Source: Ramazzottius varieornatus
Lineage: Eukaryota > Animalia > Tardigrada
DNA length: 64,000 nucleotides
Reading direction: 5' to 3'
Assembly (NCBI GenBank): GCA_001949185.1
Contig: BDGG01000001.1
Coordinates: 7,824,149 to 7,888,148 of the forward strand
The first letter of the stretch is position 1. Each line of letters begins with the position of its first letter. Of the stretch, positions 33,147 through 44,943 are shown piece by piece. The position numbers and the translations under genes were made by a program. The notes under the pieces are model-generated. The model worked only from the letters and a program-made list of their open reading frames with translations. It did no database searches and was not told the origin of the DNA.

Positions 33147-35311
33147 ATGGATTCTTCCAATCAGACTCGAAAGCGAAAACGGAGGGACTACAGGACATCG
33201 GATCCGGAATCTTCAGCGGTTGTACCGAATTATTCCAAGACAGTGCTCAAAAACACGCAAGATGGTGGATGTATGATTTTTCCCATTATCACCTTCAAAC
33301 GGTATGACATCTTGCGACAAACGTATTTACTGACTGTTCGTATTTTGCAGACTGGGTTCTTTTCCACTACGACGATGGGAGTAACTACCTTCTGCCACCC
33401 ACCAGCATCAGTGCGGACATTATTCTGCCGCAGTATCGATTCATCGACGCTGTCAAAGGCGAGGAAATTGTGGCCGTTGGGATGAAAGTTCGTGTCTACT
33501 GGGACACTGCTCACCCTGTCGGAAAGGCAACTGTCATTTCTGTGGACACTGACCAAGCCAGGATGAACATGCTATTCACCACTCTCGAACAGACCGCAAA
33601 AGAACAGGCGGCAAAGAATAAGGTACTTTCCAAAGATGCCAAGTGCGTTCCCAGTTGCAAATACTTCCAAATTTTTCAGCCCGTAAACCCTCAAACCCCT
33701 AATAGGCTGTTGCCTGCGCAAGTGCGCAAGTTGATGCGACTTATGTTTTTCAGAAGAAGAACGTCACGCCGAAAGCGGGCCACAGAATGAAGCATTCGGC
33801 AGGGACGGAAAATGTTCGGGTGAAGCGGTCAGCACTCAACCGTAGCCGATTGAATAAAGCAGGCGCAGCTCGTCTATCGGACTCTGAGAAGGATACGGCT
33901 CCAGACAGCGATTCCGCCGACGAGCATGCTCCAGGACCAAAGAAAGCGCCGGTTCGGAAAGCGGTTTCCCTTGAAAGCGGGGACGAGTCAGGAATGGAAT
34001 CTTTCGTCAACAAAGAGAGTGAGACAGAAGGATCGCAGATGTCAAATCGTCTCACCCGTGTCATGTTTCCTGCTGCCCAGTCGACCGAAAGAGAGGGTGT
34101 GAATGAATCCGGAAAAGAAGAGGAAGAGCAAATTGATGCGGCTGACTTTGACGACGACACTTACAATATCGATAAGGATCCGGACAATCGTAAAGGTACG
34201 GTGGTAGTCAGTTGTTATATTTCTCAGTTCATTTTAATCAAAATTAAGTTTAGGAATTCCAAAATCAAACTCCTGAAAAGAAATCGGATTGGGCGTCTGG
34301 GTAGATTTTATTTCTAAACTGCAGGTGGTGGCTTCGCGGATGTCGATGACGAAGGCGACAGCATAGATGGCTCACGCTCGTTGCAAGGTACTGTATCCCG
34401 ATCGTTATTTTGGTTTGCGCATGGGAGGCGGTCGAACAAGAACAGCGAGGCTATGGACTAAGATTTCTTGACGATTTTGACAGGCGGTGGCACTGTATCA
34501 GCAGATGACACTCCAAGCTACTCCGAAGAAGAACTAGCGGAGTTCCGAGCGAAACGAGATGAACATCGGAAAGAACTCCAAAGTAACGAAAACCTACTAC
34601 GCATTCCCTTATTTTTATATTTAGTTCATCTGGTTAAATTACCATTCACAGAGGCATTACTCAAGAAAGCTGGCGGAACGGCTGCAATACGGAAGCCGAA
34701 GTTAGCAGGTAAGGAAAACGTCGGTTTTCAAAGTGCGATGGTGTAGCATCAGACAGCGTTCACTAATTGTTTATGATCGTAGTGCCTTCTGTCAACTGGT
34801 CATTCCTGCCGAAAGATACCAGAGCCGTCGACCGCAGAGTCTTCCAGCGACTGGATATCCATGGGTCAAAGAAATGCGATATCTGGGTGAAACAGTCACT
34901 CCTCAAAGAGGCTGTGAAGAAGGCGAAGGACATGGACAGCTACGCACAGAAGTTGATGTGGAAGGCTCTGATTTCAGAGGAAGAGTTGATCGAAGTAGCA
35001 AAGCTGAAAGTCAAGGGCGTGGGTTTCGCAAAGCTGTTCGGTACGGGCAACTTCGACGCGTTCTACGGTATGAAATTACTCCTTTTTCACTCTCCTTTAC
35101 TTCTCTGCCGATTTCATCTGTCTTCGCAGCTAACTAGTGATTTTTTCTTATAGATCATGTAGTAAAGTATCGGAATCAAAAGGCCAGCACCGATGGCGGC
35201 AAATGGATTAATGAGATGACCACTGCGGGAGGAATGCGAAGGAAGTTCATCAGTTCTTTCGATCGTAACGTGCATCGTATTCTGAATAACACCAGCAGCA
35301 CTGTCCAGTAA
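33147..35311 (+). CDS. Multi-exon protein with N-terminal small beta-barrel-like domain, acidic linker and C-terminal BEN-like domain; putative accessory gene of the CACTA-like element
   Basis: NLS-like RKRKRR. N-domain YWVLFHYDDGS...GMKVRVYWD..ATVISV. C-terminal DIWVKQSLL..YAQKLMWKALISEEEL resembles BEN (F.R.Ll..lF..EEL). Transcribed divergently from the transposase, ~320 bp apart. Confidence 0.6.
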
Positions 35312-36331
35312 ATTCTGAGCCACGTCGTCGTGTTTAACTTGTTAATGTTGAATCGCCCACTACGTGCAATATTATCTTCCTGTTGATTTCACGTGTACCA
35401 GCGAACGCTACGTTCCAAACCGCCAGTAAAAGCGCACCAACAAGCTTCTGCAGTGCCATCTGTCGTTGATTACTCTCGTAGCACAATAATCATTGCGTAC
35501 TATCGTTCCCGGCAATGATCATTCCTTGTCGGGAAACTGTCCGATGACTTTATTATGAGCCGATGTCAGTCAATATACAGATATCTGTTCAAGCTTTTGC
35601 ATTGTAAAAGTCATCCGCCACTTTCGCTTTCGTCAACGTAGATAATTTTGTCTACGTTTAACGAACATTTTTGTTAAGACTAATTCATCCACAAAATAGT
35701 CCGCTGGAAAATCTAAAATGGCGTCATCCATGAGAGAAGTGATCGATAGGGGTAGCTCATCATTCTGTCTGATATGCTCAGCCTAAAGTCAAACAAAAAC
35801 TAAAAAGCGTAAAACGACGAGCCCGAGGACGAGCTTATAGACAACGGCCTGTTTCATGAGATGCGTGATCATTATTTTGACTAGATGGATAGGGAAGAAG
35901 GTCTAGCACTATGCTGTCCTTCGTTGCTGTTTCTGGTGTTATCGCTTTACGGACTAGTTTTACTGCGCTGTACCGAAGCGTACAGTATCTCGAGCATTCG
36001 CGAGTATGCTGAATATTGTAATGCTTCATGAAACGCACGCGGTACGTCATGATAGGCTTGAAGTTGAACCCCTGTCCGGAAATTATGCTCGAAACGATGT
36101 TTCGTAAGTCCAATGTGGTTTATCTACTTTCGTCAAAGCTCGTAAAACGGTTCGGATCGTTAATCCAAGAAACCATTTCTGCTACCAAGCTGCCTTGGTT
36201 GCGTAAGCTGTTGTGTATCAGTGTTCAAACACTTCACAAAACCATGAAACTCAAGTCCCGACAGTATTCAATCAGCGCTTTCATTAGACTGCATGAAATG
36301 GCAAAAAGCCCTGTTTGATGACTTGGAAATG

Positions 36332-37002
36332 TTAGCCGTACTCCGGTGGCGGACTTGGTCCTGGGGCGGCAGCTGGAGCACTTGCCATCAGTGGCGCCAG
36401 AGCAGCGAGAAGCTGTTGCATTTGGGTAATGCTCATAGTACCAGCTTCACCACTGGCGGCTTCGGGCGGACTGACACCTCCTGCTCCGCTCACTCCACCC
36501 GACCGATGTTGTCCGTGAAGGAAGATAGCTGCAAATTCACGTAATTTAATGTCAGAACGATAACGATCCCACCTTACGCAAACGACAAGGCCTACGCGTT
36601 GTCGTTTACGCGGTTGAATAAAATCCGAAACTTACGTTGCAGCTCCAGGTTTTCCGCGTCTCCGACCTTCGGGTCCACAACGCGCTGACTATGGGGAGAA
36701 GCCTACGGAAAGATAATGCTGTAAAAATTCGCTGCGTCTGCCAGCCACGTCATAGTGTACGTAAATCATCCCCGTGGGTGGATGGCATTCATCCCACAAC
36801 CAACCGGTACGTACACGTGCTTTAGCGGATACAGCGTGTTCTCACAATAGCGAAACTGTTTAGGGATTCGGGGTTCCCAACGCAAATGCCTTACCCGCTT
36901 CACCAAGTTCCTCAGGCCGTTTGGAATACCCGCATTGCAGTATTCACTGAGACATCCCAGTACGGCGAAAACAACAGCAAGGAGACATATAAGTCTAGCC
37001 AT
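36332..37002 (-). CDS. Small secreted low-complexity protein D (123 aa; exons 37002-36895, 36702-36636, 36528-36332)
   Basis: Signal peptide MARLICLLAVVFAVLGCLSEYCNA, dibasic LVKR, and a Gly/Ala/Pro-rich tail with MQQLLAALAPLMASAPAAAPGPSPPPEYG*. Canonical GTAAG donors, phases consistent. Confidence 0.72.
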
Positions 37003-37696
37003 CTTACTACAACGCTTAGAGCCCAGTTACGAAACCCAGCTGGTTACAAGGAAGAAGCGGATTTGGTAATCTTCCTCGATGCAAAGAAGAGCTTTGTCTT
37101 GCTGCTTTGTGTTGCCACTGCTGAGCGGAAATTTACTTCCTTCAACAAGCGAATTTGCTTACTCCATTCAAATCTTCACGTCATCAAAAAAACTGCTTTA
37201 AAGCTGAAAAGGGCACGACCAGAAATTCACTAAACTTGGAAAAAGACTCGGCAACTCTGATGAGATGGACTCTAAGTCTGGCGATCTCTCTTCTGCCATT
37301 GTTTCGCGGGCAATTTTGTTCGGGCATTTCGTTCTGTATACGTTTTGAAGTGCCCAGAAAACAGGCGGAACTGATACCCTAATGATCACGCCCGAAAACT
37401 ACCTGCTTCAACGATGAAGATGGACCCGCCTGCTACGAACGAGCTTAACATAGGGCATAATTTAGAAGTGCAAACTGCAAGGCGCAACAGCACGTTCCAC
37501 AAAATCAGCAAAAGTTTTCGAGCAAACTCAATTGTTTTTTGCCGAGAACCCGCATCTCTAAGCGTGGCAGATCACCTGTCTTTGTGCCGAAGCCAAGACC
37601 TTTACAGCTTTTGGTCAGGTGCTGTCTTTACGTGATGTTTTGAAGGTGGGAAGACCGGTCCAGATGCTTCGACAGGTTTCCGCCCGAAGGTCTGTC

Positions 37697-38456
37697 ATGG
37701 CCGTCCGATGGCCAATATGGACCTCTGTCCTGACCCTCCTTTCTGTCCAACTGGTATCAGGTCACCTTCATATTGAACCACCGAGCGATGTTGATGCCGC
37801 GGACTTAGCGGACAACTCTACGATGTACACCCAAGGTTTCCCGTCTCTTCTATCCCCAGTTTCTCAAACTTGAAATATCGATATCTAGGCTATACTCATG
37901 CTTTTCACCAAACTAGGTAGAGCGGGTGACTCATTACGTTTGGTACGTCCAGCAAAGCATCGTTCGTCAGAAGCCGACTACCCGCTCATCCCGGCCATGA
38001 TGAACGACCCTCTAGGCATCGCTTTTTGTGTGCAACCAGATGACTGGATCGGCTTATCCATACTGGGCATTCTCAAAGTCCATCAAATGTTCAAGACGGT
38101 TGGTGCACCCCTCACCGAACCTTATCAAGGCCGATCCGAAGGAGGTAAGACGGAACCGTACTTTACAACCTTATTAACCTGATCATTTATCGGTGATGCG
38201 CTTTTGACTTCAGGTCCTCCGGCTCCGCCCGCTGCTCCAGGACCTGCTGCTCCCGCACCCAGTAATAATTTCAACCCATGGGTACCCTATATGATGAGTA
38301 AGTTGCTTACGGTTTGAGTTCCATCAAACGTTAAGGTTGTTCCTACATGATTTTGAAAGGGGTCTTGTTATAGTGATGTACAGCGGTGGTTACGGGCGTG
38401 GAGGAGAAAGCGGTCGGGGCCGTGGTGGGTTCCGAGGCGGAGGAGAAAGTGGTTAA
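37697..38456 (+). CDS. Small secreted protein E with Pro/Ala-rich segment and RGG/Gly-rich tail; 4 coding exons
   Basis: Signal peptide MAVRWPIWTSVLTLLSVQLVSG. All introns phase 1. Ends PPAPPAAPGPAAPAPSNNFNPWVPYMM|MMYSGGYGRGGESGRGRGGFRGGGESG*. Confidence 0.72.
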
Positions 38457-40516
38457 ATTTGCATTGCGTCCAGCCTGATAAAACAGAAAATGGTTTCCAC
38501 AGATAATGCGCGATGTATTCCTTAAGAGTTTTGTTTTCGAGCGTTTTTCTTTTCGGGCGATTCTATTGCTGCGTGAGCCGCAACCCAAGCTTAGCTGAAG
38601 CATGCACCCGCGCGAAAGCCGGCTCGCAACATTCGCATACTTTCATCTCAATCTAACGGCATGCAGTATTTTGTCGCATTAAATTTCACCTTACTTAACA
38701 CACGCATTCTTCTTTCGCGAAACAAAAAAGTCTCGTTCGCGATTCCAGCTTGTCGTCCGGCCACGGTCTGGAACGCCTTGCATAACAAAAAGAACGGAAC
38801 GAGCGGCAGGGAGGTTCGGATTGGCCAGAAGGGTGTGGTATGGGCGTGCCATGGCGCCGGAGACTTACAGATGGGATTTGCGGAGCGAAAAGTCACGTGG
38901 TATACCGCACCGGCTAGTGGAACCTCGTGATGCATACTTCCTAAGCCCAGAGCCCAGTCGCGCATACTGGCAATCATGAGTCACGTGATGAGTCGAGTAG
39001 CCCTTCTTACAACTTGGTTCTCGACTGATTGAAGTTCCAACTGTTCTATTTGCTGTTCTGGCTTAGATTATTTCGGCAATGATATTCGGGCTGCTCAAGC
39101 TATATCAATGCGCGAGTCCACGAGGGGCAATGAGAAACGGTAAAGTGGCGCAAAAGTGATCTAATTAGCCTGCGGGGTGCGCGACTGGATGAGGAAATGC
39201 ATTGGTTTCGGAGCCCGTATGACTCCCTGCTCACTTCAATGACTCAATACGTGCGCGAGCGATTCATTGGCTGCAATTATACTCAGCGCATGCGCAGCTC
39301 CACCCAGTCCCAGTGCGGCCACTTTCTATGGGGACTTTGGTTCCGCGCATCCCATCTCTGCGCCGGAGGTGCCAGGGTTGCGGTGACCATGGTTTGAGTC
39401 ACCAAAGCCCAGGTTCCCAGCCAGTAATGGCAGGCCGTGAGGACCATCCTTACCGATCAAACAGTTGGACAAGTTGATTGACACTGCTGTACTTGTTTGC
39501 CTTCGTTATACAGAGAGCAAGAGGAAAAATCTTTGGAAGTCGTTTTCGTCTTCTCTCTATCCTCCTGCGAGCAGCGTACGAGAATCTTCACAGCATCTTA
39601 AGTCTAGTTACCTGGGCTTCGGCCGTGGGTGGACCACTGGGCAAAGGAACAGATGGAAAAGTCAAGCCAGCAGTTGCTCTGACAATCACTGTGTGGCCGT
39701 GTCTACCCAGCAAAGCACTGCAAAATTTTGACCTACGACGCGCTTGCTCGTCCTCATCCCCGCCGTACTATCGAAAAGTAAGTAAGACTCACATAGTATC
39801 GCTTGTGGAGAATCTGGTGGTCACGTGCTAATGGGACTTCCGGCGGATGACTCTGCACGATGTCGATGCTCCTTTGTTGACATCTCACCGATTTGGTACG
39901 GTTGATTCGCCTTGCCTTGATTGAACAGGAGTTCGGGCTGGGATTGCTCCAGGCTCCTGCGTAGTTCGTACCAGTGTCAAAGCTGGAAATTCTGGGTCCC
40001 GCGGATATATCTAGACGCGTTGTCTTGAGCCGTACGCTAGCCGAGCTCACTGGAAGAAGACTCAAATGACATTCGACAAATCAGTCTCAGTCTCTAGATG
40101 TTCACTTAGAAGCATCGAACTCAGCAGGATAGTTTTTCTAAATGGCGCACACGATCATCCAGTAGCACCGATTATGTGCGCCACTTTGGAAAACAACCTT
40201 GTCATTACTTTGTCGAGCTTATCCCAATTTATTTTTGTTTGTGCTTGCAGACCACACAAGCAACCGGGAGAGGTTCGGCTGGAAAAAACCTACTGCCAGC
40301 ACTTCCCGGTATTTTAAAATAGATTAGACACAGGTACGAGTTGCATTGTTTTGAATACCTTGCAAGTTGGGAACGTCCTGGGAAAAATTTTTGATTTTAG
40401 ACAATCGTTTTCAAGAAAGTGACGCTCTCTGACCTATGTGCTTGATCTTTCCAGACTTGAAGACGTTCCACCGGAGAGTAGTCCAGAGATCTCATCGATC
40501 ATCTGGACCGTACGCG

Positions 40517-43500
40517 ATGCCTCCTGCTCCTGGGTCAACGCAACCTGCTCCACCGTCCACTGCCCGCAGTACCAAGCTGCGCATCCGGGCATTCCCTGTA
40601 AGCTCATCTTGTGTCCTTGTCTGCTTTTCCCATCGTTTCAAAATAAGACTTTTAGCTTCCTGAATTTAGCAAATCGCAAGCGATAATTAGAAGAAACTAG
40701 GATTCACCGAAGAATGGAGCGCACAAAACAAAAATGTGAAATTTGTTAGCGAAACGAAAACCAAAACAAAAGCACATCCGCAAACAGCTGCCCGGTCGAA
40801 AGGAGACTGTGCGGAGCAACGCTTTTTTCATTTACACCGCAAGCACAAGCATGACATGCAGCAGGTGAAAGCATGTTAGCCTGCTCATTTTGTCATTGGG
40901 TGGTTTTTACACAGCTGATATCGTTTTTTCCGACAAAATTTTGAATTTTCGTACTTTCCTAGATTCTAGTTCCCCCTTTTCCGAGTCCCATCTGTCGTAG
41001 TACTTGTGCTGCTTGAAGTCCGAATTTGCATCCTAGGGTCTGGGAGAGGCAGTTTTTCGGATCCTAACTTGTCTGGTGGCGGAAGATGTTAAAGTCGACG
41101 ACTAAATCAAAGTATTCTGTGTTGCAGACCAACAACATGGACGATCAGTACGTCGGGACAATCTGGGCCATGTTGAAAAATGCCATTCAAGAGATTCAAC
41201 GAAAGAACAACAGTGGTCTCAGCTTTGAGGAGCTATACAGGAATGCCTACACCATGGTCCTACACAAGCATGGAGCAAGGCTGTACGAGGGATTGCGGGA
41301 AGTTGTCTCGCAGCACCTGGACAACCGGGTGAGTTTCCTTTTCTTTTCTCTCTGCACGAAACTTGGGCTGGAGAAACTAATGAGTGCTTTTATTGGTTTG
41401 CAGATCCGGGGCGATGTGATGAAGGCCATCCAACAGAACGATTTCCTACGTGTCCTGAACAGCTCCTTTAACGACCACAAGACGAGCTTGATAATGATCC
41501 GCGATATCCTGATGTACATGGTAAGGGAATTCAACGCAGAAATTGATTCTGTTTGGATACGCCAGGCGCCTATAATTTTCAAACTGCGTGCTTTAGAATG
41601 GAATCCAGAAAGCACTTTGTTTCGGCAATACTAAAAATGGGACCTAAGCAAACAGACTCATGAAAATCGGTCTTTTTAAGTGGCGCAGGCTTCCAGCCAA
41701 TAACACCGAAGCATTCGCCACTTGGACAAGCAGTCTTGTCGAGTTTGTCTTTCACTGTTTTATTCCTGAGGCTAAGCTTGGAGCTGCGGAAAAAGATTCA
41801 TTTGTCTTACTTCAGAATGAATTTCAGCAGAAAGCGGTTGTCCTGAGATTTTGGCAGGAAATCGAAGGTGCAGGAAACATTGGTCTGGTCTTTTGTTTTA
41901 GGATCGAGTTTACGTTCAGCAGGGAAACGTAGAGAACGTCTACAACCTTGGTCTGATCCTGTTCCGAGATCACGTTTTACACCACGGCGAGGTCCGCGAC
42001 AAACTCCGCGACACTCTCCTCGACATGATTTCTCGAGAACGGAAAGGCGAGACCATCGACCGCGCCGCTGTCAAAGAATCCTGCGATATGCTGATGCTGC
42101 TGGGTATCGGCAGCCGGACAGTCTACGAAGCCGACTTCGAGCTGCCCTTCTTGGAACAGTCCCGGGACTTCTTTAAGATTGAGGCGCAAAATTACCTGAC
42201 CGAGAACAGCGCGTCAGTCTTCATTCACAAGGTCGAGCAGCGGATCAAGGAGGAAACGGAGCGAGCCAAGCATTACTTGGACAACTCTAGCGAAGGACCC
42301 ATTGTCAGAGTCGTTGAAGAAGAACTCATTATCAAACATATCACCACGGTGGTGACGATGGAGAATGGTGGCGTGGTTTCAGCCATCGAAAATCAACGTT
42401 ACGAAGGTAAGAAAAGCGATGCAGGCCTAAACTGCGGTATTCATGGATCGCATCTCGCACCTGCATACAGTACGTCGTAAGCATAACGTCGACCGGAAGT
42501 ACCTACTGCATGAAAGATTTGTGAGACGAACCATTTCAAGCTCAATCCTAAGTTGGGGTAGGTAAAATCACGCACCTGCATACAGTCTGTGGTACCTGGG
42601 ACCTAACCGAAGGTATGCAGGTGCGAGTGCATGTCGGACGAGTAGTTCCGGCATGCACATGCATAAAGATGTCGTTTGTTATCAGAAGTATTTGTGTTAA
42701 GCACGTTGGGCGTGTTTGTTATCCTCGCATTTCTTACGGTCAAGGTTTTGGGGACCTAAGTGTTTCTTTTCCTCGGCAGATATGGAGTGCATGTACAATC
42801 TTTTCAACCGCGTTCCGAACGGCATGAAAATCATGGTGGAGCACATCAGTGAGTACCTGAAGAGCCAAGGGAAGTCGCTGGTCACCGAGGAAGAAAATAC
42901 GCCCAAGAATCCGGTTCTATACGTGACGGTAAACCAGCTGCCCATACTGTGACTTTTGTTGATTTACCAGTGGACAACGGTGGTATCCGTCTTTTTGCAG
43001 TCGCTGTTGGAGCTCAAAGACCAGTACGACAAATTCCTGGTCCAGTCTTTCAGTAATGACAAGCGTTTCAAGCAGATGATCTCCAGTGTCTTTGAGAATT
43101 TCCTCAACCTGAACCAACGATCGCCCGAGTACCTGTCCCTCTTCATCGATGACAAGCTAAAAAAAGGCAATAAAGATGTAAGCAAATAGCCATTCTTTTG
43201 TCTTTGAGATAACCGGCATATCTAACATTCTTTTTTGAAAATATAACATATGGTATGCATTTTCATCCACCTGCGTACAGGGAACCACCCTTTTAACATG
43301 AAGCGGCGGTATGCAGCTTGGTGGAAGTTGCTTGAATAATTCTAGAACGACAGTATACTTTTCCTACAGGTTTCTGAGCAAGAGTTGGAGTCAGTTCTGG
43401 ATCGAGCCATGGTTCTGTTTCGTTTCCTGCAAGAGAAGGATGTCTTTGAGCGGTACTACAAGCAGCACCTGGCCAAGCGTCTTCTCTTTAACCGCTCAAC

Positions 43501-44943
43501 TTCCGATGATTCCGAGAAGACGATGATCGCCAAGCTGAAGCAGGAATGTGGCTACCAGTTCACATCGAAGCTCGAAGGCATGTTTAAGGACATTACCGTG
43601 TCCAAGACGGCCAACGACGACTTCAAGGAACACGTTACACAGTCCAATGTAAGGGCCCCTTCTTACCTGTTTGATTCTTTACATACGCAAATTTGACGGC
43701 CAAAACTTCTTTCTCCTAGACTCGTATGCCGATTGATCTGCAAGTTACCGTGTTGACTACGGGCTTCTGGCCGATGACTGTCACACCGGGCGACATCACG
43801 TTGCCTGCTGGAGCGCAGTCTGCCTTTGAGATTTTTAAAAAGTACGGTCTGCTTTCGCTGCCTTTTTTCCTCAAGTCTCCCCCCTGCTTTTGCCATTTTC
43901 TTTGCATTGCGAAATTTCGTTTTGTTCCCAGGTTTTATTTATCGAAGCATAACGGTCGACAGTTGACGCTGCAGCCCACACTGGGTAACGGCGACCTGAA
44001 CGCTCTGTTTTACGGGCCACCGCAGAATGACGATGGGACCACGCCGACGACATCAACGGCGGTGGTTCCAGCCGGCAAAGGTCCGCGCAAGAATATCCTG
44101 CACGTTCCCACACAACAGATGTGTGTCCTCCTGATGTTCAACAACCAAGCCGAGTGGACCTTCAAAGAGCTGCTGGACTCAACCAAGATACCTGACAAAG
44201 ACTTGAAGAGGTGTCTGCAGAGCCTGACGATGGCCAAGCAGAAAATTTTGCAGAAGCAGGGCCCTCTTGCCAGAGAAATCGGTGAGTTTCGTTTTCCCTT
44301 TTCAGATAGGAAGTGCTCGTAGGAAAACGAATAAATTTTTTGTTGTAGATGAAAGGACGAGCTTCATCGTCAACGACCACTTCTACTCACGTTTCCACCG
44401 TGTGAAAGTTGCCAACAGTAAGTTTTCAACCCAAAGTGTGATCGACAAACCTTTTCAGAAAAGTGTTCTTAAAGGTTGATCTGGTTTTGTGTGTAGTTGC
44501 TGGCAAGGTTGAGCAGGAAGGCGAACGGGTAGAGACCCGCGCGAAGGTGGACGAGGACCGGAAGCACGAAATCGAAGCCGCCGTGGTTCGTATCATGAAA
44601 GCCCGCAAGAAGATGCCGCACAGTCAGTTGGTGGCCGAAGTCATCGAACAACTTCGACATCGCTTCGCACCAGCTCCTCCCGTCATCAAGAAGAGAATCG
44701 AAGGCTTGATCGAGAGGGAATATCTGATACGCAGCGAAGAAAATCGGTACGTGAACAGCCCATTTGCAGACAAAACATACAAGGTCGTAATCTGAGGTGG
44801 CGCACAATAACGATTAAAACATGCGCCATTTTAGATGATAAACTTATGCGTTTTGCTTGGCTCCCTGATTCTTTTCCGTTCGATTCGGGTGTTCACCAGG
44901 TGTTGTTTCTTCTTTCAGGGCGGTGTACCAGTACGTTGCCTAA
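40517..44943 (+). CDS. CUL3: Cullin-3, complete multi-exon gene
   Basis: KLRIRAFP|..[46 protein letters not shown]; [16 protein letters not shown]; [21 protein letters not shown]; [10 protein letters not shown]; neddylation motif [12 protein letters not shown]; [13 protein letters not shown]; final exon AVYQYVA*. Confidence 0.97.
42454..42627. repeat. Intronic element bounded by a 15-bp perfect inverted repeat CTCGCACCTGCATAC, with an internal direct copy
   Basis: 42454-42468 is the reverse complement of 42613-42627. Direct copy at 42571-42586. Related motif at 43268 and 61720. Confidence 0.65.

Noticed and set aside
26600-35830. Terminal inverted repeats for the CACTA-like element
   Set aside because: No convincing CAC...GTG TIR pair was found by eye, so the element boundaries remain undefined.
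39000-40065. Minus-strand splice-like signals and short ORFs upstream of CUL3
   Set aside because: I could not assemble phase-consistent exons or recognise a domain. It may be UTR or non-coding.
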